Shown: positions 44,052-52,679 of the stretch, in pieces | How the letters are laid out: each line of letters opens with the position of its first letter | Position numbering within the stretch: position 1 is the first letter of the stretch | Source: Erysipelotrichaceae bacterium | GTDB taxonomy: Bacteria; Bacillota_I; Bacilli_A; Erysipelotrichales; Erysipelotrichaceae | Length of the DNA: 64,000 nucleotides | Direction of reading: 5' to 3' | Assembly: GCA_045539425.1 (NCBI GenBank) | Contig: JAZQFH010000013.1 | Coordinates: 17,094-81,093 of the forward strand | Program-made: the position numbers and the translations under genes | Notes under the pieces: model-generated | Databases searched by the model: none | The model's input: only the letters and a program-made list of their open reading frames with translations | What the model was told of the DNA's origin: nothing

Positions 44052-45757
44052 TAATTCTCGTCGTCGTAGTATTCGTCGTATTCATCGTAGTCAATGTCTT
44101 CATCCCAGTTCTCTTCCAGGGAAGCATTGTACTCTTCGATTTCCGCCAGTTCTTCATCGGAATACTCGATCTTGATTTCATATTCCTTGTCTTTACGCAT
44201 ATCTGCGCTGCGGACTTTACGATCCGAATCATCGTCTTTCTTTTTCTTCTTGGATGCTTTCTGTTCGACAGGAGCTCCGCTGCCGGCGTAGTCTTCAAAC
44301 TTGGAGACGTATTCCGTACGTTCCTGTAACGGTTTTCTGGTACGTTTCTGAGGTTTGGCTTCCTCTTCGGCAACTTCTTCCTTGACTTCTACTGCTTCTT
44401 TAACTTCTTCTTTAACTTCTTCTTTTACGACTTCGGCTTTAGCTTCTTCTTTGGCCTTTTCTTCGGCTTCGATGGTTTCCTTATGAGCGAGAGTTCCTTC
44501 TAACGGTGTTTCCTGAACTTCTTCTTCTTCATCCACCACTTCATCCATGTAATCGGCAATTGTCGGTGCTGCTTCCGCGGCTTCCTTGGCTTCGCGTTCG
44601 GCGATGACTTTCGCCTGTTCTTCCTTCATTCTGGCCAGCTCTTCCGCAGCTTTTTCACGTTTGATGCGTTCCTGTTCGATCGCATATTCGAATACCAGCT
44701 GTTTGTAGTCGATACCCTTCTCTTCGAGTTCTTCTCTTGTCTTGATATCGATGCGGCTGTTGGTCAGCTTAACGGCAAGTCTGGCATTTTTACCTTTCTT
44801 ACCGATGGCTAAGGAAAGCTGGTCATTTTCAACGACGACAAGCAGTCCCTTTCCTTCCGGAGACGGTACGACAGCCAGGATCTGAGCCGGTGCCAGAGCA
44901 TTTTTGATCAGCTCTTCCACATTGTCGCTCCACTCGAAGATGTCGATCTTTTCACCGTGCAGCTCTTCAATGACGACCTGAACACGGGAACCTCTCGGGC
45001 CGATGCAGGCGCCGATCGGGTCAACGTCCGGATTCTTGGAGAAGACAGCCATCTTTGTACGTTCGCCGGCTTCACGGGCAATCGCCTTGATTTCCACCGT
45101 ACCAGTGAAGATTTCAGGAACTTCCTTCTCGAATAAACGGCGGACCAGTCTGGCATCCGAGCGGGATACCAAGACCTGGGCACCTTTGGTGTCCTTGTTG
45201 ACTTCCGTGATCACAACACGGAGTTTCTGACCTTCATAGTAGTTTTCATTCGGGTTCTGGGCCATTTTCGGCATGATTGCCAGGGTTTTGCCCAGGTTGA
45301 CAACGATAAACTTGTCTTCCACGGATTCGATGTTACCGAATACCATTTCATCGAGTTTATCGATGTATTCATCGTAGACAGCCTGTTTTTCCGCTTCTCT
45401 GATCTTCTGCTTCAGAACGTTCTTGGCGATTAAAGCAGCGGCTCTTCCCAGCTCGTCCACGTCGATGTCTTCTTCATAGTAGTCACCGAGTTCCAGCTCC
45501 GGATTGAAACGTTTGGCATCTTCCAGAGAGATTTCCAGTTCGTCAAACTCCACGTTTTCAACCACTTTGTAGCGCTGTACCATATGGATGCTGCCGTCTT
45601 TGGCAATATCGACAACCACGTCTGCATCCGGGGATTCCGCCTGTTTGCGGAAGGCCTTGGTCAGTGCTTCCTTGAGGGCTTCGATGACAACGTCTTTATT
45701 GATGTTACGGTCACTTTCAATTAATTCAATGGCCTTTACGAAATTATTGCTGTTCAT
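44051..45757 (-). CDS. nusA: transcription termination/antitermination factor NusA with a roughly 220-aa low-complexity charged C-terminal tail
   Basis: 568 aa with N-terminal, S1 and KH domains (GACIGPRGSRVQ, AIGKKGKNARLA). After about aa 345 the sequence is K/E/A-rich, then a D/E/Y-rich tail ending DEDIDYDEYDEYYDDEN. Confidence 0.95.
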   Translation of the reverse strand: MNSNNFVKAIELIESDRNINKDVVIEALKEALTKAFRKQAESPDADVVVDIAKDGSIHMVQRYKVVENVEFDELEISLEDAKRFNPELELGDYYEEDIDVDELGRAAALIAKNVLKQKIREAEKQAVYDEYIDKLDEMVFGNIESVEDKFIVVNLGKTLAIMPKMAQNPNENYYEGQKLRVVITEVNKDTKGAQVLVSRSDARLVRRLFEKEVPEIFTGTVEIKAIAREAGERTKMAVFSKNPDVDPIGACIGPRGSRVQVVIEELHGEKIDIFEWSDNVEELIKNALAPAQILAVVPSPEGKGLLVVVENDQLSLAIGKKGKNARLAVKLTNSRIDIKTREELEEKGIDYKQLVFEYAIEQERIKREKAAEELARMKEEQAKVIAEREAKEAAEAAPTIADYMDEVVDEEEEVQETPLEGTLAHKETIEAEEKAKEEAKAEVVKEEVKEEVKEAVEVKEEVAEEEAKPQKRTRKPLQERTEYVSKFEDYAGSGAPVEQKASKKKKKDDDSDRKVRSADMRKDKEYEIKIEYSDEELAEIEEYNASLEENWDEDIDYDEYDEYYDDEN

Positions 45758-45771
45758 GTTCTTACTCCCAT

Positions 45772-46239
45772 TTAAAACTTTATCGCTAAGCGAATAAACG
45801 CAATGTTATCCAGATTGATACGGATCTGTTTCGTTCTTGTTTTCTCACGGTAAGAGATTAAGATCGTCTCTTCGTCCACTTCCAATAAATCACCCGTCAC
45901 ATCGGACATTCCCTCTTTCGGGTCTTTCAGCTTGCAGTAGACATAATCGTTCAGTGCACCTTTGATCTCGTCGATATTGCGCAGTTCTCTCTCTGCTCCC
46001 GGAGAGCAGACTTCCAGATAGTATGCCGACGGAACAAGATCTTTCTCATCCAGTATCGACGCAAACTTATCGGAGAATGCGGCACAGGTATCCACATCGA
46101 TCGGGCGGTCAGGAATACTGAGGGAAACGCGGAGGATCTGCATCCGGTTTTCATTCACCCATTCGACATCATAGAGGTCTAAACCTTCCTGAGCGGCTAA
46201 TTTGGCGGCTTCATCTTTGACAATCTCTAAAAAACTCAT
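45772..46239 (-). CDS. rimP: ribosome maturation factor RimP
   Basis: The ORF-track start at 46245 is a GTG lying inside the SD GAGGTG. ATG 46239 (MSFLEIV) is more likely. Sits in the conserved slot upstream of nusA. Confidence 0.85.
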   Translation of the reverse strand: MSFLEIVKDEAAKLAAQEGLDLYDVEWVNENRMQILRVSLSIPDRPIDVDTCAAFSDKFASILDEKDLVPSAYYLEVCSPGAERELRNIDEIKGALNDYVYCKLKDPKEGMSDVTGDLLEVDEETILISYREKTRTKQIRINLDNIAFIRLAIKF

Positions 46240-46259
46240 CTTCACCTCATCAATAATTA

Positions 46260-46282
46260 AGGAGTGGTTTGACCACTCCTTG
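46260..46282 (-). promoter_or_regulatory. 9-bp leader hairpin upstream of rimP-nusA (candidate attenuator)
   Basis: AAGGAGTGG (46260-46268) pairs with CCACTCCTT (46274-46282). On the minus strand it is followed by AATTATTGA, an interrupted U-tract. Confidence 0.45.
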
Positions 46283-46299
46283 TTTTAAATACAATACTA

Positions 46300-46327
46300 T
46301 TATACACAAATTCCGGCTGCGTGCAAC
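46300..46327 (-). promoter_or_regulatory. candidate sigma-A promoter of the rimP-nusA-infB operon
   Basis: On the minus strand: TTGCAC (46327-46322), 16-nt spacer, TATAAT (46305-46300). Confidence 0.5.
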
Positions 46328-46668
46328 TACTTTTTCGGCTTCGCTTCGTACGTATAGCCGAAGAACTGATACGTCAGCCAGTAGCCGATCGGATTGCTGA
46401 TATAGGCAACGATCAGACCGAACAGAACCAGTAACAGGATCAAAAGCGTATTGTTGATATTGCGCAGCGTAAAGGTAAGAATGAAGCTGATGAGCAGGAT
46501 AATCACGAAAGTGGAGAGAAGCGTCATCCATTTCTGATGCTTCAGCGTTTTCTTATCCAGCTGGAAGCCAAAGTGGCAGTGCGGACAGGAAACCGTGCTG
46601 TTCGCTTCCTTGTACGTCAGTGTCATGACTTTGCCGCAACGCGGGCATTTCAATTCCGTAGTTTTCAT
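46327..46668 (-). CDS. zinc-ribbon membrane protein, hypothetical
   Basis: 113 aa. CPRCG..CPHCH zinc ribbon followed by two TM helices. Confidence 0.6.
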   Translation of the reverse strand: MKTTELKCPRCGKVMTLTYKEANSTVSCPHCHFGFQLDKKTLKHQKWMTLLSTFVIILLISFILTFTLRNINNTLLILLLVLFGLIVAYISNPIGYWLTYQFFGYTYEAKPKK

Positions 46669-46686
46669 TTTCTATTCTCCTTTTTC

Positions 46687-49600
46687 TCAGAATAAGGACA
46701 TCTGGTTTTCTTCCTGCAGTCCGTCAAGAACATGCAGCTCATCCAGCTTATCCAGCAGCGTCTTTGAGAGCTGCGTGCGGTCAAGAAGATCCTGCTTCGA
46801 GAGGAACGGACGCTCTTTCCGCGCTTCCACGATGCTCTTTGCGACGTTGTATCCCAGACCGTCGATCGTGGTAAAGGCCGGGATGATTGCTTTCTTGTTA
46901 TCGGGATCCAGTACCCATTCCGAAGCATCGGAATACTCCAAAGACAGATTGGAAATACTGAAACCGCGGCAGAAGAGCTCATTGGCGACTTCCAGCGTTG
47001 TGACCAGCCCTTCTTCCTTATTGGACACGCCTCTTCTGACTTCGATTTCCTTGGAAGAGAGACGGTCCTGAATATTCTTTAATCTGGCCGCATTGGCTTC
47101 CTTGCCGGCAATCATCGTGCCGATCTCGAAATAGTCGCAGCGCAGTGTAAAGAAGCTGATGTAGTAATAGAGCGGATGGTAGACCTTGAACCAGGCAACA
47201 CGGATGGCCATCATGACATAGGCAACGGCGTGGGCTTTCGGGAACATGTACTTGATCTTTAAGCAGGAATCGATGTACCAGTCCGGAACATTGTTTTCCT
47301 TCATCAGTTCGATCCATTCATCCTTTAGGCCCTTCCCCTTACGGACACTCTCCATGATATCGAAGGAGCTCTTCGGGGGAAGCCCTTCCTTGATCAGATG
47401 CGTCATGATGTCGTCACGGCATCCGATCACGTCGTTTAATGTCTTGCCTTTGGCAACGAGGTCTTTGGCGTTGTTATTCCAGACGTCTGTCCCGTGCGAG
47501 AGTCCGGAAATACGGACCAGCTGCGAGAAGACGTTCGGACGCGTATCACTCAGAATCCCGCGGACAAAGCGCGTACCGAACTCCGGCAAACCGAGAGCTC
47601 CGGTTTTCTCGTTGTAATACGTTGTATCCTGAATCTTCAGCGCTTTGGTGGAGTTGAAGATGGAAATGACCTTATCGTCATTCATCGGGATCGTGCGGAC
47701 GTTGATGCCGCTGATCTTTTCCAATAAGCGCATGCACGTCGGGTCGACATGTCCCAGATTATCCAGCTTCAGAACATTGTCATGAATGGCATGGAAGTCG
47801 AAGTGTGTCGTCTTCCATTCACTCTCCGGATTGTTTGCCGGATACTGGACCGGTGTAAAGTCATGGACATCCATGTTCCGCGGAATAACGATGATTCCGC
47901 CCGGATGCTGACCGGTGGTGCGTTTGACGTCCGTGCAGCCGACGGCCAGATAGGTTTTCTGGGCATTTGTCAGCTTTTCGATTCCCATCTTTTCCATATA
48001 TCCGCGGATATAGCCGTACGCGGTCTTTTCCTGAACGCCGCTGATGGTACCGGCACGGTAGACCTTGTCTTCGCCGAACACCGTCTTGGTATACAGCATG
48101 GCATTTCCCTGATATTCCGACGAGAAGTTCAGGTCGATATCCGGAACCTTGTCGCCATAGAAGCCAAGGAATGTTTCAAACGGGATATTCTGTCCGTCCG
48201 GCTTCATCTCTTCACCGCAGACAGGACACGGCTTGCTGTTGAGGTCAAAGCCGCTCTCGCAGTTTTCCACCAGTTCGAAATGATGGCATTTCGGACAGAC
48301 ATAATGCGGAGGCAGCGGATTGACTTCCGTGATGTTACTCATGGTTGCGACAAAGGAGGAACCGACGGAACCACGCGATCCGACCATGTAGCCGTGGTCG
48401 TTGGAATCCTTGACCATTAGGTGCGCGGTATAGTAAATAACCCCGTAGCCGTTTCCGATGATGGAGTTTAACTCCTTCTCTAAGCGTGCGGAGACGATCT
48501 CAGGCAGATTCTCACCGTAGCGCTCATGCGCTGTCTTATAACAGATGGCTTTCAGATTCTCATCGGCACCGTCGATAAACGGCGGATACAGCTTATCCTT
48601 GCACGGAAAGGCAGGTTCGATCTGATCCGCGATCTTGTTGGTATTCTCTACCACGATTTCCTGAATGAGGTCTTCATCTTCCAGGAAACGGAAAGCTTCG
48701 AGCATCTCATCCGTGGTACGGAAATGCTGGTCCGGAGCCACGCTCTTGTGACGTGCTTCTTCGTTATAGATATATAACGGGTGAACCACGCCGCCGATTC
48801 CCTGCGCCATGATGTAGACATCACGCAGTATTTTCTGGTCCGGATGGGTATAGTGCACATCCCCTGTCGCAACAACCGGAATCTTCAATTCCTTTGCGCA
48901 GGAAATGATGTCTTTTAAGATCATATGTAAACGGTCGAAATCGGCAATGGAATGATTATCAATCAGAAAGCGGTAGTTTTCGGGAGGTTGAACCTCAATG
49001 AAGTCATAGAACTTCATGGCCTCTTTCAGATCGTTTTTACTTGATGTAGACGCAAGATCGAAGATCTCCCCGTTACAGCAGGCGGAACCGATCAAAAGGT
49101 TCTGTCGTAATTCCTGGATCTTCTCACGCGGAATCCGCGGTTCGGCCATGAACTCATCGCTCTTGGTGGATACCTTACCGCCAAAGAGCAGATAGTCGGT
49201 ATGGCTGATGGAGATCAAACGGAACAGATCCTTGATGCCGTCCTGATTCTTCGCAATGACATTGACGTGTTTTTTCGTGACTTTCTTAAAGGCATCCGCG
49301 TCGTTCAGATTCTGCAGATCATCTACCGTCAAGAGGAGCCCTTCCGATTTCATCATGCCGTTTGGCAGATAGTTCATCTGCTTGATGCTCTGCAACATGC
49401 GGATGAAGACTTCCCCTGTCACTTCCGCATCGTAGTCGGCACGGTGTGCGACATCTTCGTCATATTCCACTTTATAGAAGCTGGCAACCTTGCCCAGGCG
49501 GTAGGATTTCCGCTCCTTTAATAAAGCACGGGAAAGATCCAGCGTATCGATATAAGGATTCTTTAACTCCGGCTGATTCAGCTTGCGAAGTGCGGCATTA

Positions 49601-51021
49601 ATAAAGCCGATATCGAATTTGGCGTTATGCGCGACAAGCGCCGCATCTCCGAAGAACTCCATGATCTTCGGCAGTGCCACTTCAATCGGATCCGCATTTT
49701 CCACATCAGAATCCTTGATGTTTGTCAGTTTTTTCGTGAAATCCGCCAGTTTGACCGGAGGCTTCACAAAGAGCTGCAGACGGTCCGTTACACCGCCGTG
49801 TCCGATCTTGACGCCGCCGAATTCGATGATATGGTCATAGCGGTTGCTTAATCCCGTAGTCTCTAAGTCGAATACGACATAGGTACGGTCCAATGATCCT
49901 CCGTCCGGATTCTTGATGATATTCAGAACCGGGTCGATCATATTCATCTCGCATCCGTAGAGAACCTTGAACGGATCCTCCGGATTGGACTTGTTCAGCT
50001 TATTCATCGCAATCTGCGCTTCCGGGAATGCCTGAACAACATAGTGGTCGGTAATCGCCAGCGAGCGCATCCCCCAGGCGTAGGCCTGGTTGATCAGTTC
50101 GGTAGCGGATGAGACACCGTCCATTTCACTCATCTTTGTATGAGCGTGCAGTTCCACTCTCTTCTTCGGAGCACGGTCGATTCTTCCCTGCGGACGGTCG
50201 ATCTTGACCATTTCATTCGGATTGTTCAGCCGCACGTGAAGTTCGAGTTCCTGTGTCATCTTATTCAGTTCCACATCGCCATAGATGCGGACATAGTTTC
50301 CCGTTTTAAATTCGCCCAGCTTTTCTTCCAGTTCGTTTTTACGTACATCCCGTCTGGCCAGGAAAACTCCTGTCGCATCCTTGATATAGTAGTTGATCAT
50401 TTCCATCTCGCCATACGATCTGCCGCCGCGAAGTGAGACCGTATCTTCCACTTTGAAAAGCTCCCCTTCCAGAATGACCTTGTTGATCTTCTGGTTGATG
50501 TCGGCGATGTTGATTCGGGTATAGCCGCTGTATGGATTATAGGTGACTTTCCTGGAAGCCTTGCTCTTATGATCGAGATAGATGCTATAGGATAAACCGT
50601 AGGAGGACATGCTGCGCTCGATATCGAGCTTTCGCTCCTGACATTTGTCAAGATCCGCATCTTCCGCAAAGAGGAGATGCAGCTCTTTCCCGTTCAGGGA
50701 AACACCCGCATTTTCGAGTGACGGAAGCTGCAGCGATTGCGCAATGTGGTTCAGATAGCTTTCAAAGATTCCCTCACTGACAAAAAGATCCGTATATTTC
50801 AGATTCAGTGTCACTTCGCAATCCAGCTGTTTCTGCAAAAACCGATGCAGTTTTTCATAGGTTTCATAATCCAGCGGTGTATCCAGAATGAGATCCCAGT
50901 ATAAATGTCTGGTGAAGCGGTCAAAGATCGGCTGAGAGCATTCAGCATTATGAAAAAGAGAAATCTCTTTCTCTGTAAATCCGTGATTCAGGCTGATGAT
51001 TCTCTCCAGCATCTCTTTCAT
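46687..51021 (-). CDS. polC: DNA polymerase III alpha subunit, PolC type
   Basis: 1444 aa. Has a PHP domain, an inserted DEDD exonuclease (VVFDLETTGL) and a zinc-finger region CPKC..CPVCG. Confidence 0.97.
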   Translation of the reverse strand: MKEMLERIISLNHGFTEKEISLFHNAECSQPIFDRFTRHLYWDLILDTPLDYETYEKLHRFLQKQLDCEVTLNLKYTDLFVSEGIFESYLNHIAQSLQLPSLENAGVSLNGKELHLLFAEDADLDKCQERKLDIERSMSSYGLSYSIYLDHKSKASRKVTYNPYSGYTRINIADINQKINKVILEGELFKVEDTVSLRGGRSYGEMEMINYYIKDATGVFLARRDVRKNELEEKLGEFKTGNYVRIYGDVELNKMTQELELHVRLNNPNEMVKIDRPQGRIDRAPKKRVELHAHTKMSEMDGVSSATELINQAYAWGMRSLAITDHYVVQAFPEAQIAMNKLNKSNPEDPFKVLYGCEMNMIDPVLNIIKNPDGGSLDRTYVVFDLETTGLSNRYDHIIEFGGVKIGHGGVTDRLQLFVKPPVKLADFTKKLTNIKDSDVENADPIEVALPKIMEFFGDAALVAHNAKFDIGFINAALRKLNQPELKNPYIDTLDLSRALLKERKSYRLGKVASFYKVEYDEDVAHRADYDAEVTGEVFIRMLQSIKQMNYLPNGMMKSEGLLLTVDDLQNLNDADAFKKVTKKHVNVIAKNQDGIKDLFRLISISHTDYLLFGGKVSTKSDEFMAEPRIPREKIQELRQNLLIGSACCNGEIFDLASTSSKNDLKEAMKFYDFIEVQPPENYRFLIDNHSIADFDRLHMILKDIISCAKELKIPVVATGDVHYTHPDQKILRDVYIMAQGIGGVVHPLYIYNEEARHKSVAPDQHFRTTDEMLEAFRFLEDEDLIQEIVVENTNKIADQIEPAFPCKDKLYPPFIDGADENLKAICYKTAHERYGENLPEIVSARLEKELNSIIGNGYGVIYYTAHLMVKDSNDHGYMVGSRGSVGSSFVATMSNITEVNPLPPHYVCPKCHHFELVENCESGFDLNSKPCPVCGEEMKPDGQNIPFETFLGFYGDKVPDIDLNFSSEYQGNAMLYTKTVFGEDKVYRAGTISGVQEKTAYGYIRGYMEKMGIEKLTNAQKTYLAVGCTDVKRTTGQHPGGIIVIPRNMDVHDFTPVQYPANNPESEWKTTHFDFHAIHDNVLKLDNLGHVDPTCMRLLEKISGINVRTIPMNDDKVISIFNSTKALKIQDTTYYNEKTGALGLPEFGTRFVRGILSDTRPNVFSQLVRISGLSHGTDVWNNNAKDLVAKGKTLNDVIGCRDDIMTHLIKEGLPPKSSFDIMESVRKGKGLKDEWIELMKENNVPDWYIDSCLKIKYMFPKAHAVAYVMMAIRVAWFKVYHPLYYYISFFTLRCDYFEIGTMIAGKEANAARLKNIQDRLSSKEIEVRRGVSNKEEGLVTTLEVANELFCRGFSISNLSLEYSDASEWVLDPDNKKAIIPAFTTIDGLGYNVAKSIVEARKERPFLSKQDLLDRTQLSKTLLDKLDELHVLDGLQEENQMSLF

Positions 51022-51710
51022 AGTTTCACCATTTTATTGAAGGCATCTTTGGCGGCCTGCTGTTCGGCACGTTTCTTGCTGGAACCTTTGCCGGTCCCCA
51101 GAATAATCCCGTCCAGAATGACATTCATGGTAAACTCCGGCTTATTGCTCGGACCGACCATGCTGACGAGTTCATAGACGACATTGGAGCGGTTGTCGCT
51201 CTGCACGTATTCCTGTAAACGTGTCTTATAATCCGTTACTTCTTCTTCGATGTGTTCCAGATGATTGAAATCCACGACTTCACTCATGATGCTGTTGACC
51301 GCATCCATGCCGCAGTCAAGATACAGCGCACCGATGAAGGCTTCAAACATATCGCTGACGACGGAATCACGGTATCTTCCGCCGCTCTTCTCTTCCCCGA
51401 TTCCAAGTTTCAGGAAATCATTGAGATGAAGCTTTGTGGCGTATTCCGCGAGGCTTTTTTCGCATACCAAAGAAGCACGCAGTGTTGTCATGCGTCCTTC
51501 GGAAAGTTCCGGAGTAATGCGGAAGAGATGGTCACTCGACCAGATCTGCAGCACGGCATCCCCCATGAATTCGAGACGTTCATTGTCATGCAGATTCTGC
51601 TTATGTTCATTGACATAGGAAGAATGCGTGAAGGCCGTCTCCATCAGTTTTGTATTTTTCACCGTAATATTACGTTTTTCTAACCAGTCATATATTGTCA
51701 TATAAATCAC
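51018..51710 (-). CDS. rnc: ribonuclease III
   Basis: 230 aa. Motif NERLEFMGDAVL, with a C-terminal dsRBD. ATGA overlap with polC. Confidence 0.95.
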   Translation of the reverse strand: MIYMTIYDWLEKRNITVKNTKLMETAFTHSSYVNEHKQNLHDNERLEFMGDAVLQIWSSDHLFRITPELSEGRMTTLRASLVCEKSLAEYATKLHLNDFLKLGIGEEKSGGRYRDSVVSDMFEAFIGALYLDCGMDAVNSIMSEVVDFNHLEHIEEEVTDYKTRLQEYVQSDNRSNVVYELVSMVGPSNKPEFTMNVILDGIILGTGKGSSKKRAEQQAAKDAFNKMVKL

Positions 51711-51722
51711 CCTGTGTTTTTA

Positions 51723-52679
51723 TTATAGCACCGATTCCTGACTCTGGAGAAGCCGAATCAGGAGGCTTAAGGCAGAGATGACGGCTTTGGTGTCACTGGA
51801 TCCGTGCGCCTTGATAATCGGCCGCTCAAAGCCTAACAGGCACGCTCCGCCATAGCTCTTATAATCCACTTTTTCCTTTAGGGCATAGAGTTTCTTCTTT
51901 AAAAGCAGTGCCCCGATCTTGCTGAGTAAGGAGGAAGTAAAGGACTCCTTCAGTAAACTCATGATAAAAGAAGCCGTTCCTTCCATGCTTTTTAAAAGCA
52001 CGTTACCGCTGAAACCGTCAGAGACCACAATATCATAATCCCCGCTTAATACGTCTCTTCCTTCGCAATTCCCCTTAAAGCTTAATGAGTCATCCTTCTT
52101 CAATAGTTCATAGGCTTCCCTGTGAATGTGGTCGCCTTTTGTTTCTTCCGCACCGATATTCAATAAGCCAATCTGCGGCTGCGAGTTACCGGTTTTCTTT
52201 ACATACTCATTGGCAAGAAGCGCAAAGGAGTATAGATCCTCTGCGGTGCATTCGGCATTAGCGCCCATATCCGCAAGATACACCGGTTTGTCTTTTGCCG
52301 AAGGTAAAGGTGAAATCAGAAAACTGTGACGTACGCCTTCGACTAGCTTACAGTTAAAATGCGCGCTCAGAACGATGCCGGCGGTGGAGCCGGCAGAGAG
52401 AACACCGTCCAGTTTATTATCATTGAGATCCTTCATCATCCGCATCAGTGTGGAATCCTTTTTGCGGCGGACGGAAAGAATGGAGTCTTCCATTTTCACT
52501 ACTTCCGAGCATTCCTCATAACGGATGCGATCATTCTTCGGCATCTTATCACAGGCTTCCTTATCCCCGTAACATACCAGCTGAATATCTTGATTGTTAT
52601 TTAAAACGGTCAGGCAGGCTTCCGGGAAGATCCCGTATCCCGCATCTGATCCAAGTAAATCAATTCCGATGGTTTTCAT
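51723..52679 (-). CDS. plsX: phosphate acyltransferase PlsX
   Basis: 318 aa. Motifs MKTIGIDLLGSDAG and NCEGRD. Confidence 0.9.
   Translation of the reverse strand: MKTIGIDLLGSDAGYGIFPEACLTVLNNNQDIQLVCYGDKEACDKMPKNDRIRYEECSEVVKMEDSILSVRRKKDSTLMRMMKDLNDNKLDGVLSAGSTAGIVLSAHFNCKLVEGVRHSFLISPLPSAKDKPVYLADMGANAECTAEDLYSFALLANEYVKKTGNSQPQIGLLNIGAEETKGDHIHREAYELLKKDDSLSFKGNCEGRDVLSGDYDIVVSDGFSGNVLLKSMEGTASFIMSLLKESFTSSLLSKIGALLLKKKLYALKEKVDYKSYGGACLLGFERPIIKAHGSSDTKAVISALSLLIRLLQSQESVL

Noticed and set aside
44380-44480. Tandem-looking CTTCTTTAACTTCTTC-type DNA repeats, considered as a possible repeat element or array
   Set aside because: They are in frame within nusA and simply encode the K/E/V-rich low-complexity tail. 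There is no spacer-repeat organisation.
46250-46531. 93-aa minus-strand ORF overlapping the zinc-ribbon membrane protein gene in another frame
   Set aside because: It overlaps the promoter and hairpin region of rimP and the 3' half of the better-supported 46327-46668 ORF (zinc ribbon plus TM helices). It has no SD.
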